A DNA stretch of 64,000 nucleotides, taken from positions 10,540,001 to 10,604,000 of the forward strand of contig OZ024744.1 in the NCBI GenBank assembly GCA_964016885.1, given 5' to 3'. The first letter of the stretch is position 1. The number at the start of each line of letters is the position of its first letter. Source of the stretch: Eledone cirrhosa (Eukaryota). The notes beneath the pieces are model-generated. The model ran no database searches. It worked only from the letters and a program-made list of their open reading frames with translations, and was not told the DNA's origin. Below are positions 10,591-24,700 of this stretch, one piece after another. Made by a program: the position numbers and the translations under genes.

Positions 10591-13500
10591 CCAATATGTT
10601 GTGTTGTTGTACTCCAATATTTCGTGTTGTTTTACTCCAATATGTCATGTTGTTGTACTCCAATAGTTCGTGTTGTTGTACTCCAATATGTCATGATGTT
10701 GTACTTCAATATGTCGTATTGTTGTACTCCAGTATGTTGTGTTGTTGTTCTCCAATATGTCGTGTTGTTATACTCCAATATGTTATGATGTTGTACTCCA
10801 ATATATTGTGTTGTTGTACTCCAATATGTTGTGTTGCTGTACTCCAATATGTTTTGCCGTTGTACTCCAATATGTTGTGTTGTTGTACTCCAATATGTTG
10901 TGTTGTTGTAATCCAATATCTTGTGTTGTTATACTCCAATATGTTGTGTTGTTGTACTCCAATATGTTGTGTTGTTGTTCTCCAATATGTTGTTATACTC
11001 CAATATGTTGTGTTGTGATACTCCAATATGTTGTGCTGTTGTACTACAATATGTGTTGTTGTTGTACTCCAATATGTTGCGTTGTTGTACTCCAATATAT
11101 CATGTTGTCGTACTCCAATATGTCATGTTATACTCCAATATGTTTTGATGCTGTACTCCAATATGTTGTGTTGTTGTACTACAATATGTTGTGTTGTTGT
11201 ACTCCAATATGTTGTTTTTTGTACTCCAATATGTCATGTTGTTGTACTCCAGTATGTCTTGTTATACTCCAATATGTCGTGTTGATGTACTCCAATATGT
11301 CATGATGTTGTACTCCAATATGTTTTGCTGTTGTACTCCACTGTGTTGTGTTGTTGAACTCCAATATGTTGTGTTGTTGTTCTCCAATATTTTGTGATGT
11401 TGTACTCCAATGGGTTGTGTTGTTATACTCCAATATGTTGTGTTGTTATACTCCAATATGTTGTGTTGTTGTACTCCAATATGTTGTGTTGTTGTACTCC
11501 AATATGTGATGTTGTTGTACTCCAATATGTCGCGTTGTTGTACTCCAATATGTTGTGTTATTATACTCCAATATTTCGTGTTGTTTTACTCCAATATGTC
11601 ATGTTGTTGTACTCTAGTATGTCTTGTTATACTCCAATATATCGTGTTGCTGTACTCCAATATGTCATGCTGTTGTACTCCAATATGTTTTGCTGTTGTA
11701 CTCCACTGTGTTGTGTTGTTGAACTCCAATATGTTGTGTTGTTGTTCTCCAATATTTTGTGCTGTTGTACTCCAATTTGTGTTGTTGTACTCCAATATGT
11801 TGTGTTGTTGTACTCCAATATGTTGTGTTGTTGTACTCCAATATGTTGTGTTGTTATACTCCAATATGTTGTGCTGTTGTACTCCAATATTTCGTGTTTT
11901 TGTACTCTATACGTCGTGTTGTTGTACTCCAATATGTTTTGATGTTGTACTCCAATATGTTGTGTTGTTGTACTCCAATATGTTTTGATGTTGTACTCCA
12001 ATATGTTGTGTTGTTGTACTCCAATATGTCGTGTAGTCGTACTCCAATATGTTGTGTTGTTGTACTCCAATATGCTGTGATGTTGTACTCCAATGTGATG
12101 TGATGTTGTACTCCAATGCGCTGTGTTGTTGTACTCCAATGTGATGTGTTGTTGTACTCCAATATGTTGTGCTGTTGTACTCCAAATCTCGTGTTGTTAT
12201 ACTCCAATGTGTTGTGTTGTTATACTCGAATATGGTGTGTTGTTGTACTCCAATATGTTGTATTGTTTTTTTCCAATATGTCATGTTATACTCCAATATG
12301 TTGTGTTCGTGTACTCCAATATGTTGTGTTATTGTACTCCAATATGTTGTGTTGTTATACTCCAATATGTTGTGTTGTTATACTCCAATATGTTGTGTTG
12401 TTGTACTCCAATATGTTGTCTTGTTGTACTCCAAAAGGCCATGTTATCGTACTCCAATATGTCTTGTTATACCCCAATATGTCGTGTGGCTGTACTCCAA
12501 TATGTCATGTTGTTGTACTCCAATATGTCTTGTTATAGTCCAATATGTCGTGTTGTTGTACTCCAATATGTCATGTAGTTGTATTCCAATATTTCGTGTT
12601 GTTGTACCCCAATATGTCGTGTTGTTTATACTCCAATATGTTTTGCTGTTGTACTCCAATATGTTGTGTTGCTGTACTCCAATATGTTGTGTTGTTATTC
12701 TCCAATATGTTGTGCTGTTGTACTCCAATGTGTTATGTTGTTATACTCCAATATGTTGTGCTGTGCTACTCCAATATATTGTGTTGTTGTACTCCAATGT
12801 GTTGTGTTGTTATACTCCAATATGTTGTGTTGATTTACTCCAATATGTTGTGTTGTTGTACTCCAATCTGTTGTGTTGTTATACTCCAATATGTTGTGTT
12901 GTTATACTCCAATATGTTGTGTTGTTTTACTCCAATATGTTGTGTTGTTGTACTCCAATATGTTGTGTTGTTGTACTCCAATATGTTGTGTTGTTGTAAT
13001 CCAATATCTTGTGTTGTTATACTCCAATATGTTGTGTTGTTGTACTCCAATATGTTGTGTTGTTATACTCCAATATGTTGTGTTGTGATACTCCAATATG
13101 TTGTGCTGTTGTACTCCAATATGTTGTGTTGTTATACTCCAATATGTTGTGTTGTTTTACTCCAATATGTTGTGTTGTTGTACTCCAATATGTTGTATTG
13201 TTGTTCTCCAATATGTCGTTGTTATACTCCAATATGTCATGTTGTTGTACTCCAATATGTCGTATTGTTGTACTCCAATATGTTTTGATTTTGTATTCCA
13301 ATAAGTTGTGTTGTTGTACTCCAATATGTTGTGTAGTCGTACTCCAATATGTTGTATTGTTATACTCCAATATGTTGTGCTGTTGTACTCCAATATGTTT
13401 TGATGTTGTACTCCAATATATTGTGTTGCTGTACTCCAATATGTCGTGTAGTCGTACTCCAATATGTTGTGTTGTTGTACTCCAATATGCTGTGATGTTG

Positions 13501-15789
13501 TCCTCCAATATGATGTGCTGTTGTACTCCAATGCGTTGTGTTGTTGTACTCCAATATGCTGTGTTGTTATACTCCAATATGTTGTGTTGTTATACTCCAA
13601 TATGTTGTGTTGGTGTAATCCAATATCTTGTGTTATTTTACTCCAATATGTTGTGTTGTTGTACTCCAATATGTTGTGTTGTTGTACTCCAATATGTTGT
13701 GTTGTTGTAATCCAATATCTTATGTTGTTATACTCCAATATGTTGTGCTGTTGTACTCCAATATGTTGACTTGTTATACTCCAATATGTAGTGTTGTTAT
13801 ACTCCAATATGTTGTGTTGTTGTACTCCAATCTGTTGCGTTATACTCCAATATGTTGTGTTGTTATACTCCAATATGTTATGTTGTTATACTCCAATATG
13901 TTGTGTTGTTTTACTCCAATATGTTGTATTGTTGATCTCCAATATGTCATATTATACTCCATTAAGTTGTGTTCTTGTACTCCAATATGTTTTGTTGTTG
14001 TACTCCAATATGTTGCTTTGTTGTACTCCAATATATCATGTTGTCGTACTCCAATATGTCATGTTATACTCCAATATGTTTTGATGATGTACTCCAATAT
14101 GTTGTGTTGTTGTACTACAATATGTTGTGTTGTTGTACTCCAATATGTTGTGTTGTTATACTCCAATATGTTGTGCTGTTGTACTCCAATATGTCAGGTT
14201 GTTGTACTCCGATATTTCGTGTTGTTCTACTCCAATATTTCGTGTTGTTTTACTCCAATATGTCGTGGTGTTGTACTCCAATATGTTTTGATGTTGTACT
14301 CCAATATGTCGTGTTGTTGTACTCCAATATGTTGTGTTGTTGAACTCCAATATGCTGTGTTGTTATACTCCTAAATGTTGTGTTGTTGTACTCCAATATG
14401 TTGTGTTGTACTCCAATATGTTGTGTTGTTACACTCCACAATTTTGTGTTGTTGTACTCCAAAATGTGATGTTGTTGTACTCCAATATGTTGTGTTGTTA
14501 TACTCCAATATTTCGTGTTGTTTTACTCCAATATGTCGTGTTGTCGTACTCCAATATATTGTGTTGTTGTACTCCAATATGTTGTGTTGTTGTACTCCAA
14601 TATGTTGTGTTGTTATACTCCAATATGTTGTGTTGTTATACTCCAAAAAGTTGTGTTGTTTTACTCTAATATGTTGTGCTGTTATACTCCAGTATGTTGT
14701 GTTGTTGTACTCCAATATTTTGTGATGTTGTACTCCAATATGTTGTGTTGTTGTACTCCAATATGTTGTGTTGTTGTACTCCAATACGTTGTGTTGTTGT
14801 ACTCCAATATTTTGTGCTGTTATACTCCAATATATTGTGTTGTTATACTCCAAAAAATTGTGTTGTTTTACTCCAATATGTTGTGTTGTTATACTCCAGT
14901 ATGTTGTGTTGTTGTACTCCAATATGTTGTGTTGTTGTACTCCAATATGTCATGTTATACTCCAATATGTCATCTTGTTTTACTCCAATATGTTGTGTTG
15001 TTGCACTCCAATATGTCGTGTTGTTGTACTCCAATATGTTGTGTTTTGTACTCCAATATGTTGTGTTATTGTACTCCAATATGTTGTGTTGTTATACTCC
15101 AATATGCTGTGCTGTTGTACTCCAATATGTTATGTTGTACTCCAATATGTTGTGTTGTTGTACTCCAATATATCATGTTGTCATACTCCAATATGTCATG
15201 TTATACTCCAATATGTCGTTGTTATACTCCAATATGTCATGTTGCTGTACTCCAATATGCCGCGCTGTTGTACTCCAATATGTTTTGATGTTGTACTCAA
15301 ATATGTTGTGTTGTTGTACTCCAATATGTTGTGTTGTTGTACTCCAATATGTTGTGTTGTTATACTCCAATATGTTGTGCTGTTGTACTCCAATATGTCA
15401 GGTTGTTGTACTCCGATATTTCGTGTTGTTCTACTCCAATATTTCGTGTTGTTTTACTCCAATACGTCGTGGTGTTGTACTCCAATATGTTTTGATGTTG
15501 TACTCCAATATATCGTGTTGTTGTACTCCAATATGTTGTGTTGTTGAACTCCAATATGCTGTGTTGTTATACTCCTAAATGTTGTGTTGTTGTACTCCAA
15601 TATGTTGTGTTGTACTCCAATATGTTGTGTTGTTACACTCCACAATGTTGTGTTGTTGTACTCCAATATGTTATGTTGTACTCCAATATGTTGTGTTGTT
15701 GTACTCCAATATTTCGTGTTGTTTTACTCCAATATGTCATGTTGTTGTACTCCAATATTTCGTGTTGTTGTACTCCAATATGTCATGAT

Positions 15790-18700
15790 GTTGTACTCCA
15801 ATATGTTGTGTTATTTTACTCCAATATGTTGTGTTGTTGTACTCCAATATGTTGTGTTGTTGTACTCCAATATGTTGTGTTGTTGTAATCCAATATCTTG
15901 TGTTGTTATACTCCAATATGTTGTGTTGTTGTACTCCAATATGTTGTGTTGTTGTTCTCCAATATGTTGTTATACTCCAATATGTTGTGTTGTGATACTC
16001 CAATATGTTGTGCTGTTGTACTACAATATGTGTTGTTGTTGTACTCCAATATGTTGCGTTGTTGTACTCCAATATATCATGTTGTCGTATTCCAATATGT
16101 CATGTTATACTCCAATATGTTTTGATGCTGTACTCCAATATGTTGTGTTGTTGTACTACAATATGTTGTGTTGTTGTACTCCAATATGTTGTTTTTTGTA
16201 CTCCAATATGTCATGTTGTTGTACTCCAGTATGTCTTGTTATACTCCAATATGTCGTGTTGCTGTACTACAATATGTCATGATGTTGTACTCCAATATGT
16301 TTTGCTGTTGTACTCCACTGTGTTGTGTTGTTGAACTCCAATATGTTGTGTTGTTGTTCTCCAATATTTTGTGATGTTGTACTCCAATGGGTTGTGTTGT
16401 TATACTCCAATATGTTGTGTTGTTATACTCCAATATGTTGTGTTGTTGTACTCCAATATGTTGTGCTGTTGTACTCCAATATTTCGTGTTGTTGTACTCC
16501 ATACGTCGTGTTGTTGTACTCCAATATGTTTTGATGTTGTACTCCAATATGTTGTGTTGTTGTACTCCAATATGTTGTGTTGTTGTACTCCAATATGTTT
16601 TGATGTTGTACTCCAATATGTTATGTTGTTGTACTCCAATATGTCGTGTAGTCGTACTCCAATATGTTGTGTTGTTGTACTCCAATATGCTGTGATGTTG
16701 TACTCCAATGTGATGTGATGTTGTACTCCAATGCGCTGTGTTGTTGTACTCCAATGTGATGTGTTGTTGTACTCCAATATGTTGTGCCGTTGTACTCCAA
16801 TATTTTTTATTTTTGTACTCCAATATGTTGTGTTGTTATACTCCAATATGTTGTGTTGTTATACTCCAATATGTTGTGCTGTTGTACTCCAAATCTCATG
16901 TTGTTATACTCCAATGTGTTGTGTTGTTATACTCGAATATGGTGTGTTGTTGTACTCCAATATGTTGTATTGTTTTTTTCCAATATGTCATGTTATACTC
17001 CAATATGTTGTGTTCGTGTACTCCAATATGTTGTGTTATTGTACTCCAATATGTTGTGTTGTTATACTCCAATATGTTGTGTTGTTATACTCCAATATGT
17101 TGTGTTGTTGTACTCCAATATGTTGTCTTGTTGTACTCCAAAAGGCCATGTTATCGTACTCCAATATGTCTTGTTATACCCCAATATGTCGTGTGGCTGT
17201 ACTCCAATATGTCATGTTGTTGTACTCCAATATGTCTTGTTATAGTCCAATATGTCGTGTTGTTGTACTCCAATATGTCATGTAGTTGTATTCCAATATT
17301 TCGTGTTGTTGTACCCCAATATGTCGTGTTGTTTATACTCCAATATGTTTTGCTGTTGTACTCCAATATGTTGTGTTGCTGTACTCCAATGTGTTATGTT
17401 GTTATACTCCAATATGTTGTGCTGTGCTACTCCAATATATTGTGTTGTTGTACTCCAATGTGTTGTGTTGTTATACTCCAATATGTTGTGTTGATTTACT
17501 CCAATATGTTGTGTTGTTGTACTCCAATCTGTTGTGTTGTTATACTCCAATATGTTGTGTTGTTATACTCCAATATGTTGTGTTGTTTTACTCCAATATG
17601 TTGTGTTGTTGTACTCCAATATGTTGTGTTGTTGTACTCCAATATGTTGTGTTGTTGTAATCCAATATCTTGTGTTGTTATACTGCAATATGTTGTGTTG
17701 TTGTACTCCAATATGTTGTGTTGTTATACTCCAATATGTTGTGTTGTGATACTCCAATATGTTGTGCTGTTGTACTCCAATATGTTGTGTTGTTATACTC
17801 CAATATGTTGTGTTGTTTTACTCCAATATGTTGTGTTGTTGTACTCCAATATGTTGTATTGTTGTTCTCCAATATGTCGTTGTTATACTCCAATATGTCA
17901 TGTTGTTGTACTCCAATATGTCGTATTATTGTACTCCAATATGTTTTGATGTTGTACTCCAATGTGTTGTGTTGTTGTACTCCAATATGTTGTGTAGTCG
18001 TACTCCAATATGTTGTATTGTTATACTCCAATATGTTGTGCTGTTGTACTCCAATATGTTTTGATGTTGTACTCCAATATATTGTGTTGCTGTACTCCAA
18101 TATGTCGTGTAGTCGTACTCCAATATGTTGTGTTGTTGTACTCCAATATGCTGTGATGTTGTCCTCCAATATGATGTGCTGTTGTACTCCAATGCGTTGT
18201 GTTGTTGTACTCCAATATGCTGTGTTGTTATACTCCAATATGTTGTGTTGTTATACTCCAATATGTTGTGTTGGTGTAATCCAATATCTTGTGTTATTTT
18301 ACTCCAATATGTTGTGTTGTTGTACTCCAATATGTTGTGTTGTTGTACTCCAATATGTTGTGTTGTTGTAATCCAATATCTTGTGTTGTTATACTCCAAT
18401 ATGTTGTGCTGTTGTACTCCAATATGTTGAGTTGTTATACTCCAATATGTAGTGTTGTTATACTCCAATATGTTGTGTTGTTGTACTCCAATCTGTTGCG
18501 TTATACTCCAATATGTTGTGTTGTTATACTCCAATATGTTATGTTGTTATACTCCAATATGTTGTGTTGTTTTACTCCAATATGTTGTATTGTTGATCTC
18601 CAATATGTCATATTATACTCCATTAAGTTGTGTTCTTGTACTCCAATATGTTTTGTTGTTGTACTCCAATATGTTGCTTTGTTGTACTCCAATATATCAT

Positions 18701-21700
18701 GTTGTCGTACTCCAATATGTCATGTTATACTCCAATATGTTTTGATGATGTACTCCAATATGTTGTGTTGTTGTACTACAATATGTTGTGTTGTTGTACT
18801 CCAATATGTTGTGTTGTTATACTCCAATATGTTGTGCTGTTGTACTCCAATATGTCATGTTGTTGTACTCCAGTATGTCTTGTTATACTCCAATATGTCG
18901 TGTTGCTGTACTCCAATATGTCATGCTGTTGTACTCCAATATTTCGTGTCGTTGTACTCCAATATGTCGTGCTTTTGTACTCCAATATGTTTTGCTGTTG
19001 TACTCCACTGTGTTGTGTTGTTGAACTCCAATATGTTGTGTTGTTGTTCTCCAATATTTTGTGATGTTGTACTCCAATGTGTTGTGTTGTTATACTCCGA
19101 TATGTTGTGTTGTGATACTCCAATGTGTTGTTTTGTTGTACTCCAATATGTTGTGTTGTTGTACTCCAATATGTTGTGTTGTTATACTCCAATGTGGTGT
19201 GCTGTTGTAATCCAATATGTTGTGTTGTACTCCAATATGTTGTGTTGTTATACTCCAATATGTAGTGTTGTTATACTCCAATATGTTATGATGTTGTACT
19301 GCAATATATTGTGTTGTTGTACTCCAATATGTCTTGTTATAGTCCAATATGTCGTGTTGTTGTACTCCAATATGTCATGCTGTTGTACTCCAATTTTTTC
19401 GTGTTGTTGTACCCCAATATGTCGTGTTGATTATACTACAATTTTTGTTGCTGTTGTACTCCAATATGTTGTGTTGTTGTACTCTAATATGTTGTGTTGT
19501 TATTCTCCAATATGTTGTGCTGTGATACTCCAATATGTTGTGTTGTTGTACTCCAATATGTTGTGTTGTTATACTCCAATATGTTGTTTTACTCCAATAT
19601 GTTGTGTTGTTGTACTCCAATATGTTGTGTTGTAGTACTCCAATATGTTGTGTTGTTGTAATCCAATATCTTGTGTTGTTATACTCCAATATGTTGTGTT
19701 GTTGTACTCCAATATGTTGTGTTGTTGTTCTCCAATATGTTGTGTTGTTATACTCCAATATGTTGTGTTATGATACTCCAATATGTTGTGCTGTTGTACT
19801 CCAATATGTTGTGTTGTCGTACTCCAATATGTGATGTTGTACTCCAATATGTCCTGCTGTTATACTCCAATATGTTGTGTTGTTATACTCCAATATGTCA
19901 TGGTGTTGTACTTCAATATGTCGTGTTGTTGTACTCCAATATGTTGAGTTGTTGTACTCCAATACGCGATGCTGTTGTACTCCAATATGTTGTGTTGTTG
20001 TACTCCAATATCTTGTGTTGTTATACTCCAATATGTTGTGTTGTTATACTCCAATATGTTGTGTTTTTGTACTCCAACATGTTGTGCTGTTGTACTCCAA
20101 TATGATGTGTTGTTGTACTCCAATATGATATGCTGTTGTACTCCAATGTGTTGTGTTGTTGTACTCCAATATGGTGTGCTGTTGTACTCCAAATCTCGTG
20201 TTGTTATACTCCAATGTGTTGTGTTGTTATACTCCAATATGGTGTGTTGTTGTACTCCAATATGTTGTATTGTTTTTCTCCAATATGTCATGTTATACTC
20301 CAATATGTTGTGTTCGTGTACTGCAATATGTTGTGTTATTATACTCCAATATGTTGCGTTGTTGTACTCCAATATGTTGTGTTGTTATACTCCAATATGT
20401 CGTGTTGTTGTACTCCAATATGTTGTTTTGTTGTACTCCAATATGTCATGTTGTTGTACTCCAGTATGTCTTGTTATACTCCAATATGTCGTGTTGCTGT
20501 ACTCCAATATGTCATGCTGTTGTACTCCAATATGTTTTGCTGTTGTACTCCACTGTGTTGTGTTGTTGAACTCCAATATGTTGTGTTGTTGTTCTCCAAT
20601 ATTTTGTGATGTTGTACTCCAATGTGTTGTGTTGTTATACTCCAATATGTTGTGTTGTTATACTCCAATATGTTGTGTTGTTATACTCCAATATGTTGTG
20701 TTGTTGTACTCCAATATGTTGTGTTGTGATACTCCAATATGTTGTGCTGTTGTACTCCAATATGTTGAGTTGTTATACTCCAATATGTAGTGTTGTTATA
20801 CTTCAATATGTTGTGTTGTTGTACTCCAATATGTTGTGTTGTTGTACTCCAATATGTTGTGTTGTTGTACTCCAATATGTTGTGTTGTTGTACTCCAATA
20901 TGTTTTGCTGTTGTACTCCACTGTGTTGTGTTGTTGAACTCCAATATGTTGTGTTGTTGTTCTCCAATATTTTGTGCTGCTGTACTCCAATTTGTGTTGT
21001 TGTACTCCAATATGTTGTGTTGTTGTACTCCAATATGTTGTGTTGTTGTACTCCAATATGTTGTGTTGTTATACTCCAATATGTTGTGCTGTTGTACTCC
21101 AATATGTCGTGTTGTTGTACTCCAATATGTTTTGATGGTGTACTCCAATATGTTGTGTTGTTGTACTCCAATATATTTTGATGTTGTACTCCAATATGTT
21201 GTGTTGCTGTACTCCAATATGTTTTGTCGTTGTACTCCAATATGTTGTGTTGTTATACTCCAATATGTTGTGTTATTTTACTCCAATATGTTGTGTTGTT
21301 GTACTCCAATATGTTGTGTTGTTGTACTCCAATATGTTGTGTTGTTGTAATCCAATATCTTGTGTTGTTATACTCCAATATGTTGTGTTGTTGTACTCCA
21401 ATATGTTGTGTTGTTGTTCTCCAATATGTTGTTATACTCCAATATGTTGTGTTGTGATACTCCAATATGTTGTGCTGTTGTACTACAATATGTGTTGTTG
21501 TTGTACTCCAATATGTTGCGTTGTTGTACTCCAATATATCATGTTGTCGTACTCCAATATGTCATGTTATACTCCAATATGTTTTGATGCTGTACTCCAA
21601 TATGTTGTGTTGTTGTACTACAATATGTTGTGTTGTTGTACTCCAATATGTTGTTTTTTGTACTCCAATATGTCATGTTGTTGTACTCCAGTATGTCTTG

Positions 21701-24700
21701 TTATACTCCAATATGTCGTGTTGTTGTTCTCCAATATTTTGTGATGTTGTACTCCAATGGGTTGTGTTGTTATACTCCAATATGTTGTGTTGTTATACTC
21801 CAATATGTTGTGTTGTTGTACTCCAATATGTTGTGTTGTTGTACTCCAATATGTGATGTTGTTGTACTCCAATATGTCGCGTTGTTGTACTCCAATATGT
21901 TGTGTTGTTATACTCCAATATTTCGTGTTGTTTTACTCCAATATGTCATGTTGTTGTACTCTAGTATGTCTTGTTATACTCCAATATATCGTGTTGCTGT
22001 ACTCCAATATGTCATGCTGTTGTGCTCCAATATGTTTTGCTGTTGTACTCCACTGTGTTGTGTTGTTGAACTCCAATATGTTGTGTTGTTGTTCTCCAAT
22101 ATTTTGTGCTGTTGTACTCCAATTTGTGTTGTTGTACTCCAATATGTTGTGTTGTTGTACTCCAATATGTTGTGTTGTTGTACTCCAATATGTTGTGTTG
22201 TTATACTCCAATATGTTGTGCTGTTGTACTCCAATATTTCGTGTTGTTGTACTCCATACGTCGTGTTGTTGTACTCCAATATGTTTTGATGTTGTACTCC
22301 AATATGTTGTGTTGTTGTACTCCAATATGTTTTGATGTTGTACTCCAATAAGTTGTGTTGTTGTACTCCAATATGTCGTGTAGTCGTACTCCAATATGTT
22401 GTGTTCTTGTACTCCAATATGCTGTGATGTTGTACTCCAATGTGATGTGATGTTGTACTCCAATGCGATGTGTTGTTGTACTCCAATGTGATGTGTTGTT
22501 GTACTCCAATATGTTGTGCCGTTGTACTCCAATATTTTTTATTTTTGTACTCCAATATGTTGTGTTGTTATACTCCAATATGTTGTGTTGTTATACTCCA
22601 ATATGTTGTGCTGTTGTACTCCAAATCTCGTGTTGTTATACTCCAATGTGTTGTGTTGTTATACTCGAATATGGTGTGTTGTTGTACTCCAATATGTTGT
22701 ATTGTTTTTTTCCAATATGTCATGTTATACTCCAATATGTTGTGTTCGTGTACTCCAATATGTTGTGTTATTGTACTCCAATATGTTGTGTTGTTATACT
22801 CCAATATGTTGTGTTGTTATACTCCAATATGTTGTGTTGTTGTACTCCAATATGTTGTCTTGTTGTACTCCAAAAGGCCATGTTATCGTACTCCAATATG
22901 TCTTGTTATACCCCAATATGTCGTGTGGCTGTAGTCCAATATGTCATGTTGTTGTACTCCAATATGTCTTGTTATAGTCCAATATGTCGTGTTGTTGTAC
23001 TCCAATATGTCATGTAGTTGTATTCCAATATTTCGTGTTGTTGTACCCCAATATGTCGTGTTGTTTATACTCCAATATCTTTTGCTGTTGTACTCCAATA
23101 TGTTGTGTTGCTGTACTCCAATATGTTATGTTGTTATACTCCAATATGTTGTGCTGTGCTACTCCAATATATTGTGTTGTTGTACTCCAATGTGTTGTGT
23201 TGTTATACTCCAATATGTTGTGTTGATTTACTCCAATATGTTGTGTTGTTGTACTCCAATCTGTTGTGTTGTTATACTCCAATATGTTGTGTTGTTATAC
23301 TCCAATATGTTGTGTTGTTTTACTCCAATATGTTGTGTTGTTGTACTCCAATATGTTGTGTTGTTGTACTCCAATATGTTGTGTTGTTGTAATCCAATAT
23401 CTTGTGTTGTTATACTCCAATATGTTGTGTTGTTGTACTCCAATATGTTGTGTTGTTATACTCCAATATGTTGTGTTGTGATACTCCAATATGTTGTGCT
23501 GTTGTACTCCAATATGTTGTGTTGTTATACTCCAATATGTTGTGTTGTTTTACTCCAATATGTTGTGTTGTTGTACTCCAATATGTTGTATTGTTGTTCT
23601 CCAATATGTCGTTGTTATACTCCAATATGTCATGTTGTTGTACTCCAATATGTCGTATTGTTGTACTCCAATATGTTTTGATGTTGTACTCCAATATGTT
23701 GTGTTGTTGTACTCCAATATGTTGTGTAGTCGTACTCCAATATGTTGTATTGTTATACTCCAATATGTTGTGCTGTTGTACTCCAATATGTTTTGATGTT
23801 GTACTCCAATATATTGTGTTGCTGTACTCCAATATGTCGTGTAGTCGTACTCCAATATGTTGTGTTGTTGTACTCCAATATGCTGTGATGTTGTCCTCCA
23901 ATATGATGTGCTGTTGTACTCCAATGCGTTGTGTTGTTGTACTCCAATATGCTGTGTTGTTATACTCCAATATGTTGTGTTGTTATACTCCAATATGTTG
24001 TGTTGGTGTAATCCAATATCTTGTGTTATTTTACTCCAATATGTTGTGTTGTTGTACTCCAATATGTTGTGTTGTTGTACTCCAATATGTTGTGTTGTTG
24101 TAATCCAATATCTTGTGTTGTTATACTCCAATATGTTGTGCTGTTGTACTCCAATATGTTGACTTGTTATACTCCAATATGTAGTGTTGTTATACTCCAA
24201 TATGTTGTGTTGTTGTACTCCAATCTGTTGAGTTATACTCCAATATGTTGTGTTGTTATACTCCAATATGTTATGTTGTTATACTCCAATATGTTGTGTT
24301 GTTTTACTCCAATATGTTGTATTGTTGATCTCCAATATGTCATATTATACTCCATTAAGTTGTGTTCTTGTACTCCAATATGTTTTGTTGTTGTACTCCA
24401 ATATGTTGCTTTGTTGTACTCCAATATATCATGTTGTCGTACTCCAATATGTCATGTTATACTCCAATATGTTTTGATGATGTACTCCAATATGTTGTGT
24501 TGTTGTACTACAATATGTTGTGTTGTTATACTCCAATATGTTGTGTTGTTATACTCCAATATGTTGTGTTGTTGTACTCCAATATGTCATGTTGTTGTAC
24601 TCCAGTATGTCTTGTTATACTCCAATATGTCGTGTTGCTGTACTCCAATATGTCATGCTGTTGTACTCCAATATTTCGTGTCGTTGTACTCCAATATGTC

